Shown here one piece after another: positions 22,251-32,768 of a DNA stretch of 35,420 nt; position 1 is the first letter of the stretch, and each line of letters opens with the position of its first letter. The DNA is from Octopus bimaculoides (Eukaryota), in contig NC_068983.1 of NCBI RefSeq assembly GCF_001194135.2, forward strand, positions 147,337,473 through 147,372,892. The letters run 5' to 3'. The notes beneath the pieces were generated by a model, which saw nothing but the letters and a program-made list of their open reading frames with translations, made no database searches and was not told the DNA's origin. Position numbers and translations under genes: made by a program.

Positions 22251-22535
22251 ATTGTCATATCATCAGTGGACTATCAAAAATATTAGCGTACACAATAATC
22301 AGTTTCATACCTTTACTGTTTGAATTCAAATCTCACAGAAAATGGTTTTGTTCTTTTCACTCCAAAATCATAAACTGTGATCAATTTATTAAACCCCTGC
22401 TTCTTATAGATTGGTCTTTGTAGCAATATATAAAAAATACTTTATTAAATATTCAAATGAAGTTAATGAAAATTATTTGCAGAAGAGATCTTGAACATAT
22501 GATGACTGTTTTTATATTTTTTTCCTTTTTTACAG

Positions 22536-22617
22536 GGAGAAACATAGGATGATTCATTCCAAACCAGAAAAAGAAAAATCAACCAGAGAAAAAGTAGTTT
22601 TGAATGTAAAGGAGTGA
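22536..22617 (+). CDS. DCAF13: DCAF13 coding exon 12 (EKHRMIHSKPEKEKSTREKVVLNVKE*)
   Basis: Poly-T tract plus CAG acceptor; phase matches exon 11; HSKP motif; TGA at 22615-22617. Confidence 0.93.
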
Positions 22618-22712
22618 ATGTAGAGGTGGGTGTAAGAAGAATGAATGTATAGGTGGGTGAAAAGGAGTGAATGTATAAGCTGATGAAAAGAATGAAAGTA
22701 TAGGCTGATGCA

Positions 22713-22713
<1 letters not shown>
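22612..22713 (+). repeat. Degenerate minisatellite, four units of 24-27 bp
   Basis: GA(G/A)TGAA(T/A)GTA... units at 22612, 22639, 22665 and 22690. Confidence 0.8.

Positions 22714-22715
<2 letters not shown>

Positions 22716-22744
<29 letters not shown>
22716..22744 (+). repeat. (GT)n microsatellite in the DCAF13 3'UTR
   Basis: Direct reading; lies between the stop codon and AATAAA. Confidence 0.95.
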
Positions 22745-22780
22745 GTATGGATGTAAACATGTGTAACTCATTCAGTTATT

Positions 22781-22786
22781 AATAAA
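22781..22786 (+). terminator. Probable polyadenylation signal of DCAF13
   Basis: First AATAAA after the stop codon, followed by a T/GT-rich tract (ctgtttttctgtt...atttgttg). Confidence 0.65.
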
Positions 22787-22939
22787 CATACACCTGTTTT
22801 TCTGTTACTCATATTTGTTGAATTTTGTCTTCTTCTATTTTGCATTGTTATACAGTCTGCATGCATTTTCTGCTTTTAAGTTATTATTTCCATTTTACTT
22901 CTCAGAGCTCTCGATTTCATTTGCTCTGGTTAATTCTGT

Positions 22940-23400
22940 AAGAGTGGACAGCAACCTGTTGTCAAAGGTCTCAGGTTATCTTTCCGCAATACATAACACT
23001 CAAGTACCAGTCCCAAAATCATTGCTGTCCTCAATAGGGCAGTTTTCTAAGTATGTTCTAACTTCTTGTCAATTCCAATCTCTCCAACATATTTCTCAAA
23101 CCTGCTTGTTAGTGTTCTTAGTGTCTCTACAACTACCAAGATGACAGTTACTCTATTCATTGCCCACATTCATACAATTTCTTTTAGTAGCTTGTACTTT
23201 TCAATCTTTTCAGCTTTTTGTCACCCACTTGTGCATCCCCTGGTATGGTAATATCTGTGATCTTGGTTTCTTTCTTTCTCTTATCTACTACAACACCTGG
23301 TCCCTAGCATCAATCACTGAGTTTCACTGAATTGTGAAATCCCATAAGATCTTATACTGATTATTCTAGGTTATGCTTTCTGGTTTTTGTATGTGCCATT
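22940..23400 (-). mobile_element. R4/Dong-clade non-LTR retrotransposon relic, C-terminal restriction-like endonuclease region
   Basis: Frameshifted translation W..QKPESIT.NNQYKILWDFTIQ..SVIDAR/RPGVVVDKRKKETKITDITIPGD...EKIEKYKLLKE...KTALLRTAMILGLVLE matches the ILWDF..Q.D....RRPD...D...KY pattern. Confidence 0.8.
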
Positions 23401-23895
23401 TATTATTATTATTGAATGAGAGATCAGTGCATGTCATCAAAGTGACACTGGGGTAAAATATATGAAGCCCAATATACCCATCATGACTACCCGTCTGATA
23501 AGGGTACACCAGGCACATGCGTCACAACCATATGTGCACGACATAGTAATCTGATATCAAGATAACACATGACCTTGCAGGTGGAGCCCAGTTAGAATTT
23601 TCCTTATGTTGAGTAGCCCATCCTGCTCAAAAGGTCCTTGAATAAAGTTTGTTTAAGGATGATGAACAAAACGCCCATGTTTCCTGAGGTGTATTATTCA
23701 AATTCCAATGAATTCCTCTCAACACACGGCTATGATGCTCCCCCACTACTTCTGCTCATGATCAGAGATGTACATATTGTCAGCCACTAAGGGACATGCT
23801 CAACTATTAAGTTCAAGCAAATCTGTGGTATTGAGCAGAATATTTGCTGTAGCCCATCTTTTATACCAAGACAAAACAATGTACATGATAACACT
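23401..23895. repeat. Unclassified interspersed repeat bordered by (ATT)n; partial second copy at ~10300-10454
   Basis: The 10300-10454 segment aligns by eye with 23695-23850 (TCAACACA.GGCTATGAT...CATATTGTCAGCCACTAAGG...GAATATTTGCT). Confidence 0.7.
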
Positions 23896-23896
23896 T

Positions 23897-24274
23897 TTAT
23901 TACTTCTGCTTTAGTGAAGGCGGAGGTATTGTTTGTAGTCATGTTTGTTTGATTGTTTGTCTGTGGACAAGATATCTCAAACCGCTGGATGGATTCAGAT
24001 GAAACTTTCAGGAATGTTTGGCCTTGTGACTGGCATGAACTGATTAGATTTTGGGATCGATCTGGTTACGGACAAGGATTCTGGATTATTTTTCCTGCCT
24101 TTTTCTTTTTTTTTTTTACTTAATGGTCGGGTTCATTTTTAGTATTCTCGTTTGTGACAACAATCGAGTTTATTTCAGATATTCTCATTTTAAAAATCAT
24201 CTCTGGCTAATAGTTGAGAGGACGCTGGTGTCGCCTTGGTGGACGTTTGCACTCTCTGAGTGCTCTTATTATTT
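23897..24274 (+). mobile_element. Helentron-associated non-autonomous element (HINE/DINE-1-like)
   Basis: TT start; 5' subterminal palindrome ACTTCTGCTT...AAGGCGGAGGT; GTTT/GTCT microsatellite; 3' subTIR CCTTGGTGGACGT; terminal hairpin GCACTC-TCT-GAGTGC; T-rich end. Confidence 0.75.
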
Positions 24275-24279
24275 GACAG

Positions 24280-24400
24280 TGCTCGCTTGGTGCATCAGGG
24301 CTACCCGCTGTCACCTTTTCTGTACGTAGGGTTATGTCGAACAGCTGCTGTCACGCGTGGAACGTATCCGTCTGTCGGCCGAGTCTGTAGTGATGATTGC
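24280..24400 (+). mobile_element. Short L1/Tx1-type reverse transcriptase fragment
   Basis: 24296-24328 encodes QGYPLSPFLYV (compare RT motif QGCPLSPLLY), then EQLLSRVE in a shifted frame. Confidence 0.45.
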
Positions 24401-25149
24401 TCTGCCGCCTTCCTTCAATCGAGCCGGCAAAGCAGTTAAGTACTAGGGTCAGTGTAATTGACTAATATCCCCCAGAATTGCTGACGTTGTTTAGAAACAT
24501 TATTAACATTACTGAAGATTGCGTCTTTGATTTTACTGGTGCCACATCCCTGGCAATAACGTCTGTTAACTCTTAAATTCTTGTAAGACACAATATTGCA
24601 CAAGACTGCATAACTCAACCAGTGTGAAATGTAGAATATCAAGAATCTTATTAATTTCGTTTACATTTATTTTACAAGGGACTAAGTCGGGGTTATTAAT
24701 GTAAGGGAGAAAACTCTAACCCCTTTTATTCGCTTTTTCTTTTCTTACTTTTTAATTAAAAAAAATCTAAATACGTCTTTTGGGACTTTATTTCTAGAGA
24801 AGAAAATTCAGCACTTTAAAGCTTTCAAAAGTCGTCTAATGCTTCTTGTCGTAGGTACTATTGCTGGTGATATGAAATATTGACCCTACTTGTGTGTTAC
24901 TCGTAAGATCTAAGCGTTTTATGGGATTATTAGAAGTTTGATCTACCTGTGATTTGGAATTCAAACAAAGATCAAGTGACTTTGAATCTTTTCCAAGACT
25001 GCATTGCAAACTGATTTGTCATGCCAGGTTTAATATTTCCAACAAAATATTCTTCCTTTTAGACATTGTATTAAGACACCCACTGAGTTTAAGTTACACT
25101 CCTAATGATGATGGTATGCACGGTGTGGCATACGTCAGGTGTCGAAGTG

Positions 25150-25262
25150 ATTGCAGAGCAACGTGAGATGAAGTGTTTCGCTCAAGAGCATAACGCATCA
25201 TTCGGTTTAGGAGCTGAAACTACGGTTTTGCTAGTACCACCCTAACCACTAGGCTATGCACG
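25150..25262 (-). mobile_element. Diverged tRNA-type SINE head followed on the + strand by (CA)n
   Basis: CCCTAACCACTAGGCTATGC end and a TTGAGCGAAACACTT CORE-like piece on the minus strand. Confidence 0.45.
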
Positions 25263-26019
25263 CACGCACACACACACACACTTTGATTGAGTAGAAAAAC
25301 TATGGAGCTGAGTCAAAACTATTAAATGATACACGTATTATTCTTTAACTCTGTCTTTCTCTTCGTAGCTTTACTGTATTACCTAGTTGTCTCCCTTCTA
25401 TTTACACTTCAACCCGAATTAAGATATCTCTCTAGCATATATCTCGTATCTTTTCGTTATAAAATCTTTGTACGAATCATTTAAAATTAGTTTCTTCTCA
25501 ACGTTTTGCAAATTTATAAGATTTTGAAAACTATATTAACTAGCAAAAAAAAAACAAAAGAAAACACTTTTTAAATACTACATGGAGTTGTTCCCCTTTA
25601 ACTTATAGCGTTTTGCTTAAATGTAATTGGTTGTTCATCACGGGTGTTCAAGTCAAACCGACTTGTGTTTAAAGGAGTTGCAACTGTAACCATTCTATGT
25701 ATTTTGTTAAAGCAACATTTATTCAAAGTCACATTATGTAATGTTACCTTCTTCCTTATAACAGTATTCGGGGATTTGCCTGATATTTTAAGTGAGTCGA
25801 GCGGCAAAGAAGAGACCCGTTCTTCTGTACACAGAAAAAATTATAGGACAGAATCTATTTAAATAGAGTCCTTTCTGAAGTGCTGGATATTATCGTTTAG
25901 CCACATGTCAGCCGGGACCATCTGTTTATTTAATCTTTAAACTACATTATCCAATGTATTCTTTAGGAATTTTGGAATATTTGACTGCTATTTCTAACGA
26001 GTCGAACTACCATAGAGAA

Positions 26020-26159
26020 CAGTCATGAGCAAGCTGCGGCCTACGAGAGCTTTTGAATGGCACGCCAACGAACAATTACCTTGAATTTTTTAGTAATGCA
26101 GCCCACCTGATGATTCATGTCTTATGCGGCCCGCTTCTCGCAAAAGTCGGTCATACCTG
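26020..26159. mobile_element. Degenerate hAT(Charlie)-like MITE
   Basis: Imperfect CAG...CTG termini (CAGTCATGAGCAA / TCGGTCATACCTG); subterminal TGCGGCC motifs at both ends; TAGAG on both flanks. Confidence 0.45.
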
Positions 26160-26430
26160 GTGTAGAGCCTCCTTGTTGGCTCACCATAATTACTATTACT
26201 TATTTTATCACTAAGTGATGAAAAGCGAGTAAGAACTCAGAAACTAGACTAACACTACATGTAAAAAGCAATTTAGTGCGGTGCTTCTTTGTTTATGTCA
26301 AACAACCTCTTTCCTCCATTTTATGAGAATGCTGGAGAGTCAAGTGGAAGCTACCGATAAGAAAAGACTACAATGTTGTTTAAGTGTCCAGTTTAACCAA
26401 ATTGTTCCGGATTGTTAGATTACTATGAAA

Positions 26431-27218
26431 AAAGCGGCAAGCAAACAGAATCGTTAGCATGCCGGGCAAAATGCTTAGCGGCATTTTGTCCGTTTTTACG
26501 TTCTGAGTTCTGATTCCTCCGAGTTCAACTTTGCCTTTCATCCTTTCGGAGTCGATAAAATAAGAACCAGTTGAGCACTGGAGTCGATTTGCCCATTCCT
26601 CCGAAATTGCTTGCCTTTTACCAAAATTTCAGATTACTTAGAAAGGCGACAGACTAACAGAATCGTCAGCACGCCGGACCAAATACTTCGCGGGTATATT
26701 TTCCGGTGTGCAAAATGCTTCGCAGCATTTTATCCAGTTGAGCACTAGGCTCAATGTAAACGACCTACTCCCTCGCCCACAGAATTCAGGCTTTGTGCCA
26801 ACAGTAGAAAGGGTTATTAAGTTACTGAGAAATGAGCTGAGCTGGCAGAATCGTAAGCACCTCAGAAAAATGCTTAGCGGCATTTTTTTCCCCCGGTTGT
26901 ATGTTCTGAGTTCAAATTCTCAAATTCTGTCGAGGTCGATTTTGCTTTACATCTTTTCTGAGTCGATATTTTTAATATCAGTGGAGAACAGCGGTTGATG
27001 CAATTGACCAGTACCATCCCGCCAGAGCTCAGGTCCTGTGCCTATAGTAGAAAGGATTATTATGTTAATGAGGAAGGCATTTAAAGTCACATTGTGCCAC
27101 ATTACGATATAGGCTCAGGCGAGTCTGTACGGTTAAGAAGTTCATATTGCAACCATGTAGTTTCGGGTTCTGACCCATTGCGTGGCACTATAAGGCAAGT
27201 GTTTTCTACTATAGCTGC
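26431..27218 (+). mobile_element. Head-to-tail cluster of three family C SINEs (about 26431, 26642, 26832) plus a family B head (27111)
   Basis: Repeated CAGAATCGT(T/C/A)AGCA heads and GTGCC(A/T)A(C/T)AGTAGAAAGG(G/A)TTATTA tails. Confidence 0.8.
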
Positions 27219-28284
27219 TGGCAGATTGATGCTTTGTGTGCGAATTTGGTGTGGGTGGTCGTCGTGTACACACACACATCTGTTCTGTCCTTTACTTGCT
27301 ATCTCCAGGTGTTTTCTATTTCGTACAGGTTTGAGTATTCTTCTGAGAACGTTTTTCATATTTGAGGCTCTGCTTTTACTAAATCTATTTGCAAGCGGTT
27401 TCTTTCGTTTTTTCCAAGTCGACATCATTATTGGAAAAAAATAAAAAAGAGAAAAAGAAAAGAAAAAAAACTCTTCTAGTGAGGGTATAGAATGGAGCAG
27501 AAAAGATATACGCATTTGCCAGGCTTGTAAAAGAACACATCGGATTTACTGAATAGTTTAAGATGACACTCTTCACTCTGGCTATCACTATCTCAGGAGT
27601 ACTGATAATTGCCCCTATAATATCCTACACTTTATATAATTTATCTATATGAATATCTTAAAAGTTATAGGCCTTGAATCCATCACCAGATCCTTCAAAA
27701 TGTACAACACTTGATAAGCTAAGTTCGGACGATTTATTCAAAAAGCTGTTTTCAGAGAAATCATACCTATCAATTACTTTATAGGTCTTTCATAGACAAC
27801 AATGAAATCTGCTTTACACATTTTTACAAACATCAGGAGTAAGCTGGTTAAGCTTGGTGGTCACTGCAAAACTTGAGCCTATCCCTACCAAAGATCTCCA
27901 CAAAAACGAAATAAAAGAAAACTTTCACACAAGAAAAACAAGTCTTTTTCTCTTCTCTAAAATTTGCTTCTCTCCTCAACCATGGACTTAAATATTCGGA
28001 TTATACAGAATGATTTCTGCGAACAATTTGAGCGTGTGACTGAGGAAGAAGAAATATATTTCCGACAATTTGCAGGCATGACCTTTATCTCTATAGTAGA
28101 GTACCGAGGAACATTCCTCCCCACCAAGACTCTTAGAATGAAATTTTTGGACTTCCCAGTACAATAATCCCTCGCCATATCCGGGTTCACCTATCGCGGT
28201 TTATTATTTAAGCTTACGCCAATTCCTCTGTGGTGTTCTTTTGTATTTATAATAAAATAAATATATACAAATTATAAAAATGAT

Positions 28285-28540
28285 AATAAAACAAGAGCGC
28301 TCAGAGAGCGCAAACCTCCACCAAGGCAACACCAATGTCCTCTCAACTATTAGCCAGAGATAATTTTAAAAATAAGAATATCTGAAATAAACTCGGCTGC
28401 TCCTACAAACGAAAATACTAAAAATGAACCCGAATGCTCTCAAAAAGTAAAAAAAAAAAAAAATAAAAAAGCAGAGAAAATAATCCAGAATCCTTGTCCG
28501 GTGCTGGATCGATTCCAAAATCTAATCAGTTCGTGCCAGT
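28285..28540 (-). mobile_element. Second HINE-like copy, 5' part missing
   Basis: Reverse-complement homology to ~24025-24274; hairpin GCGCTC-AGA-GAGCGC at 28297-28311; subTIR ACCTCCACCAAGG. Confidence 0.75.
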
Positions 28541-29080
28541 TGTAATTTTGTGTCGGTGGTTTTTGTTTGAATAGTTTTTTGTGCTGCTTTCCAGCGGTTT
28601 GGGTGTTTACGTGTACTTGTTTGTGCTTTCTCTTCTCGTAAGAGAAGGGATAGCTGGTTAAAGAACGTCTGAAGACAGTTATAGTTACTCAGACATATCA
28701 TCGTCCGAGGAGGAGTTACTGCAGGCTGTTAAGACAATGGACCAGAAACTGAGAACAGAGAAGACGAATTTTGCTGATGCAGCAAGGTGTAAGGAGACAG
28801 AAGCGAATATCGGGGAATTCGGAAGACACGAAGGAGAAATGAACCGAGATGGGTTCGAAGTGAAGCTGTCACCTCAGCAAGAAGTTAAAAACGGAAAAAA
28901 ACGATAAACTATCGAACCTTTTCGATAAATAAAGGAAGAATAGATGTCGTCACGGCAGAACAAGTAGAAAAGGCGTTAAGGCAGATTTGGGACGACATAA
29001 TATACCTGACAAGAGGTTCAACATTTGGAGCAGTGGAAGTGAGGTTTCGTAATGTAGCAGCAGCAAAGACTTATTACTGT
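28541..29080 (+). mobile_element. Probable 5' end (5'UTR plus start of ORF1) of an L1/Tx1-like retrotransposon, frameshifted
   Basis: MDQKLRTEKTNFADAAR...EV/KRKKTINYRTFSINKGRIDVVTAEQVEKALRQIWDDIIYLTRGSTFGAVEVRFRNVAAAK resembles an ORF1 RRM start; recognised by pattern only. Confidence 0.45.
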
Positions 29081-29966
29081 TGGAGACATCTCCGGGTGTA
29101 GGAGGTTGGTTCGGATTTTTTTTGAGAAATTTGTCCAGAGAACTTTTGAATTTTATGGGATTCGTTTCCGTTTTGATGTATTTTGGTATAATATTAAAGA
29201 GAGCTGGACCGGTTGAGGTAAAGTAGTTGTGTCGTAATGTTGTTATACGTCTCGAGTTCGATTTTTGTAGTGGGCGGATAGCATGGAGGCCAAGTCTTAT
29301 GTGGATTTTAAAATTGATGCCAACATCATTTGTACAATATTGATGGAATATTTTCCATGTCACACAAATGATGTAGCGCTCACGGCGGCGTTGGAGAGAG
29401 TAGAGATTGAGTTTTTTAGTCGACTTCAGTAGTCAATGCCTGTCATGCCGTCTATCTTTCTTGTTATTGACTTCTGGAGTGCTTCCCCTTTCATGATGTT
29501 TTGCTTCGTGTGGGGAGACCACAGTGGGCAACAGTATTCAGGGTGGGACACCACTACTGACTTTGGTTGAGCTTGATCGGATCCCCTCAACCACAACATG
29601 TTGGGTTCTGTTCATCAGAAAACACTTTATTCACCGCAGCAGCTTTCCACGGACTCCAATGTTGGACAGCTTCTTCAGCAGGATTTCGTGGGCCACTCTG
29701 TCAAATGCCTTGCTGAAATCAGGGTATATGACATCAGTGTTGGAGCCTTGTCCCAAAGTTTTTAAAATGTCATCAAAACGGTCCAGAAGCTGCGACAGAC
29801 GTCCCTGCCAACACGGAAACTATGCTGGTTGGGGTTCAGTAGATTGTTGTCTTCGAGGAAGTGGGTTATTCACGATCTCACCGTCCTCTCAAATGCTTTA
29901 ATGATATGGGAGGTGAGTGAAATCTTTCGCCGCAAGAAATTAATTTCCCTTTTTAAAAATTGGAAC
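29081..29966 (-). mobile_element. CR1-group LINE reverse-transcriptase relic with internal deletion
   Basis: KISLTSHIIKAFER...LNPNQHSFR, DVIYPDFSKAFDRVAHEILLKKL, SGVP//EYCCPLWSP, LKKLNLYSLQRRRERY, FKSSLDKFL...PPTPG; stops and frameshifts present. Confidence 0.88.
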
Positions 29967-31012
29967 GACAGATTGAGAAAGAAAATAATCAGGAATATAG
30001 CCTGCGTCAAGTAAGTTCCTTCAGAGCTCAGCCAGAGGAGGTGCAATTTGATGTCGACACATCTTTAAGACAGCAGCCGGGAACCTATCGTGACCTACTA
30101 CCGAGTTGTGCTTGATCTTGTTCATCAATGTTTTATTTTACAAAAACTGTTGTGTTTTCAATAGTTTAAGTTTCCATTGTCAGCCGTGTATGCAGTCCTT
30201 TTATTCTCATCCAGACTTAACGTTTCTACTTCCTTTTTTAGTTGATATGCTATTTTCTTTGGCAATTCATTGCTATTTTTTTATTGTAAAAGTCAAATAA
30301 CATGCGTTGCTCTCCATTCTCTAAATGACACAATCTCAGAATTATTTGGAAATATTTTGAAAATCAGAGGCTATTGAAAAAGTAAGCTATGTTCTATAAT
30401 ATATCCTACACGTTTTTGTACAAAATACAGCACTAACATATTTCCACATAGAACTCCTGCTTTAATTTTTGCCACATGGTTTTTACTATCAATAAGTCAT
30501 TGTATATTTCTTTGACAATTTTTACTCCACAGCCATCATTTATATATAATCGATGATGCTTCACAGCACGATACGTTTTACAGAGTTCTGCACTTCTGAT
30601 TTTGTCATCTTGCGTTGATCAAGCTGTGGAGAAAAATGATGACAATGATGGCAAACCAAAAATATGGGTAGACTTCTCTCTTGCATGCGTCAGTTCGACT
30701 AGTCCGCTATAAAAAAATTGTTAAGTCTGTAAAAGAAACAAAATCGTATAGCATATCAGTAGGTTTTGACTTAATTTTTTTAAAAATTGTTGAAAATTAA
30801 GGAATATTCAGATATACTGAAGATAATATATTGCAAAAACAGTTTCCTATTCTTTTCCTGTTACAGAAGTCGAACTCGTAGAACGATCATAATTCAACAG
30901 AAGTTAAATATGGTTTAGGACAGTAATTCAAAGACATAATATCAGTTTTCAATTTACCACATCCGTCAAAGCAAAATTTACATAAAACTGTTATAGAAAA
31001 TGTGTATACATA

Positions 31013-31404
31013 TACTCTTTTACTCTTTTACTTGTTTCAGTCATTTGACTGCGGCCATGCTGGAGCACCACCTTTAGTCGAGCAAATCGACCCCAGGACT
31101 TATTCTTTGGAAGCCTAGTACTTATTCTATCGGTCTCTTTTGCCGAACCGCTAAGTTACGGGGACATAAACACACCAGCATCGGTTGTCAAGCGATGTTG
31201 TGGGGACAAACACACACATACAAATACAATTACACATACATATATACAACAGGCTTCTTTCAGTTTCCGTCTACCAAATCCACTCACAAGGCTTTGGTCG
31301 GCCGGAGGCTATAGTAGAAGACATTTGCCCAAGATGCCACGCAGTGGGACTGAACCCGAGACCATGTGGTTGGTAAGCAAGCTACTTACCACATAGCCAC
31401 TCCT
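31013..31404 (-). mobile_element. tRNA-derived CORE-type SINE (family B), full length: head, CORE-like segment, microsatellite spacer, 3' tail (GTAAAAGA)n
   Basis: A/B boxes (TGGCTATGTGG, GGTTCAGTCC) followed by a CTTGGGCAAATG CORE-like motif; homologous pieces occur across the window. Confidence 0.85.
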
Positions 31405-31852
31405 ACATATATTTGTGTTTTACAAAGTTTTTAAAAATTTTTTTGATTAAAATGTGTTGTGGAAAGTGTAATTGACCTGAGGTAAAGAGAAAAGCAGATA
31501 ACGTACGTGTTTTTAGCAGTAAGTATGATTATCCTTTTATGTATCTCGTAATTAAAGACAGCCGATGATTCTGTTCTGTGTTCTCGATGTCTGTCCTATG
31601 GATGTGAAAACCGAAGAAAGCTATGTCGCTGAGACAATTTGTATACTCTCGGAGGAAACCAAGAGCTAACAACATGCTAAAGGAACGAGAAAGGATTAAT
31701 TCTGTTGTGTTTTAATATAAATGGTTGTCAGGTTACTACTCTGCTATTAGTCCTAATGAAACGTGCGAAAATAAGGGAAACGCTTAAATCTCACCTGAAC
31801 AATAAATGCTACAAAGCTATATTTACTTTATTTTGATATTACTATTACATAT

Positions 31853-32055
31853 AAGGCAGCGAGCTGTCAGAATCGTTAGCTCGACGGGCAAAATGCTTAG
31901 CTGCAGTTTATCCGTCTTTACACAGATCGACTTTGTCGGTCATCCTCTCTGGGTCGATAAAATAAGTACCAACTGAACACTTGAATTGATGTAATAAATT
32001 TAGCCCAATCCCCGAACTTGTTGGCCTTGAGCTAAAATTTGAAACCGATATTATT
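31853..32055 (+). mobile_element. SINE family C
   Basis: AAGGCAGCGAGCTGTCAGAATCGTTAGC...GGGTCGATAAAATAAGTACC. Confidence 0.75.
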
Positions 32056-32419
32056 AAGGCCATGAGGAGGCAGGATATCATACCTACATATATATGTATA
32101 TATACATGCATATATGGGTACAGGAAATCAAAAATACGTTGATCACAATGAGAAACGAAAACATAAAGACAAAACATAGAAAACGAACTTTTTTGCGAAC
32201 AACGAAAAACAAACAGAGAAACGAGACATGCAACATAAAGAGTATACCCCTTCGTCAGTTGTCCCTGTTTCATCTACTCCGCGTTTTGCTTTCTAGCTAA
32301 TCCTTCATACTAACTACTAGAGTTCACAACAATTCAAATCCGAATTCTAAGAATCGTATTTCGTGAAAGATTTCTTTGACGAAAGTTTAGAATTCGTATA
32401 TGGGCAGTAATTTTAACCA

Positions 32420-32768
32420 ATGAGCGGAAGAACGTCCTTGGAAGACCTACCACGAGCGTCACCCCTGGAAATGTGGAGAAAACTCATCATCTTGTGCGTG
32501 AACATCGTCTGAGGACAATCCACGACATTGCCAATGTTGTTGGTATGTCGTATGCGTCCGTGCAGGCAATCCTAACTTCTGAATTGAACATGCGGCATGT
32601 CTCTGCCAAGTTTGTCCCCCGCCTGCTGACCACTGGGCAGAAAGAACATAGCGTCTAAGTCTGTCAAAATCTCCGTCAGCATGCCGCTGATAACACATCC
32701 TTTATGTCGAAGATTATCACTGGGGAGGAGTGTTGGGCCTAGGAGTACTACTCTGAGACGAAGCAGCA
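32420..32768 (+). mobile_element. Mariner (DD34D-type) transposase pseudogene fragment, cut by an N gap
   Basis: GRPTTSVT...VREH.RLTIHDIA...LNMRHVSAKFVPRLLT...KIITGEECWA*EYYSETKQQ; stops at 32656 and 32740. Confidence 0.9.

Larger units (their letters stand above)
1012..22617 (+). other. DCAF13: Gene span of DDB1- and CUL4-associated factor 13 (Sof1/WDSOF1; WD40 repeats plus C-terminal Sof1 domain; U3 snoRNP/SSU processome component), 12 coding exons
   Basis: Exon lengths 70+200+108+87+156+78+83+68+97+136+164+82 = 1329 nt form one open frame ending in TGA. Phases match across all 11 GT-AG introns. The translation follows human DCAF13 colinearly (MKIKLLSRNPD..., RALNATKLER, GSDEMNIRIWKA, RISRHRHVPK). 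Confidence 0.98.

Noticed and set aside
25598-25862. Overlapping ORFs and a possible AG...GTGAGT micro-exon
   Set aside because: No recognisable homology and no partner exons
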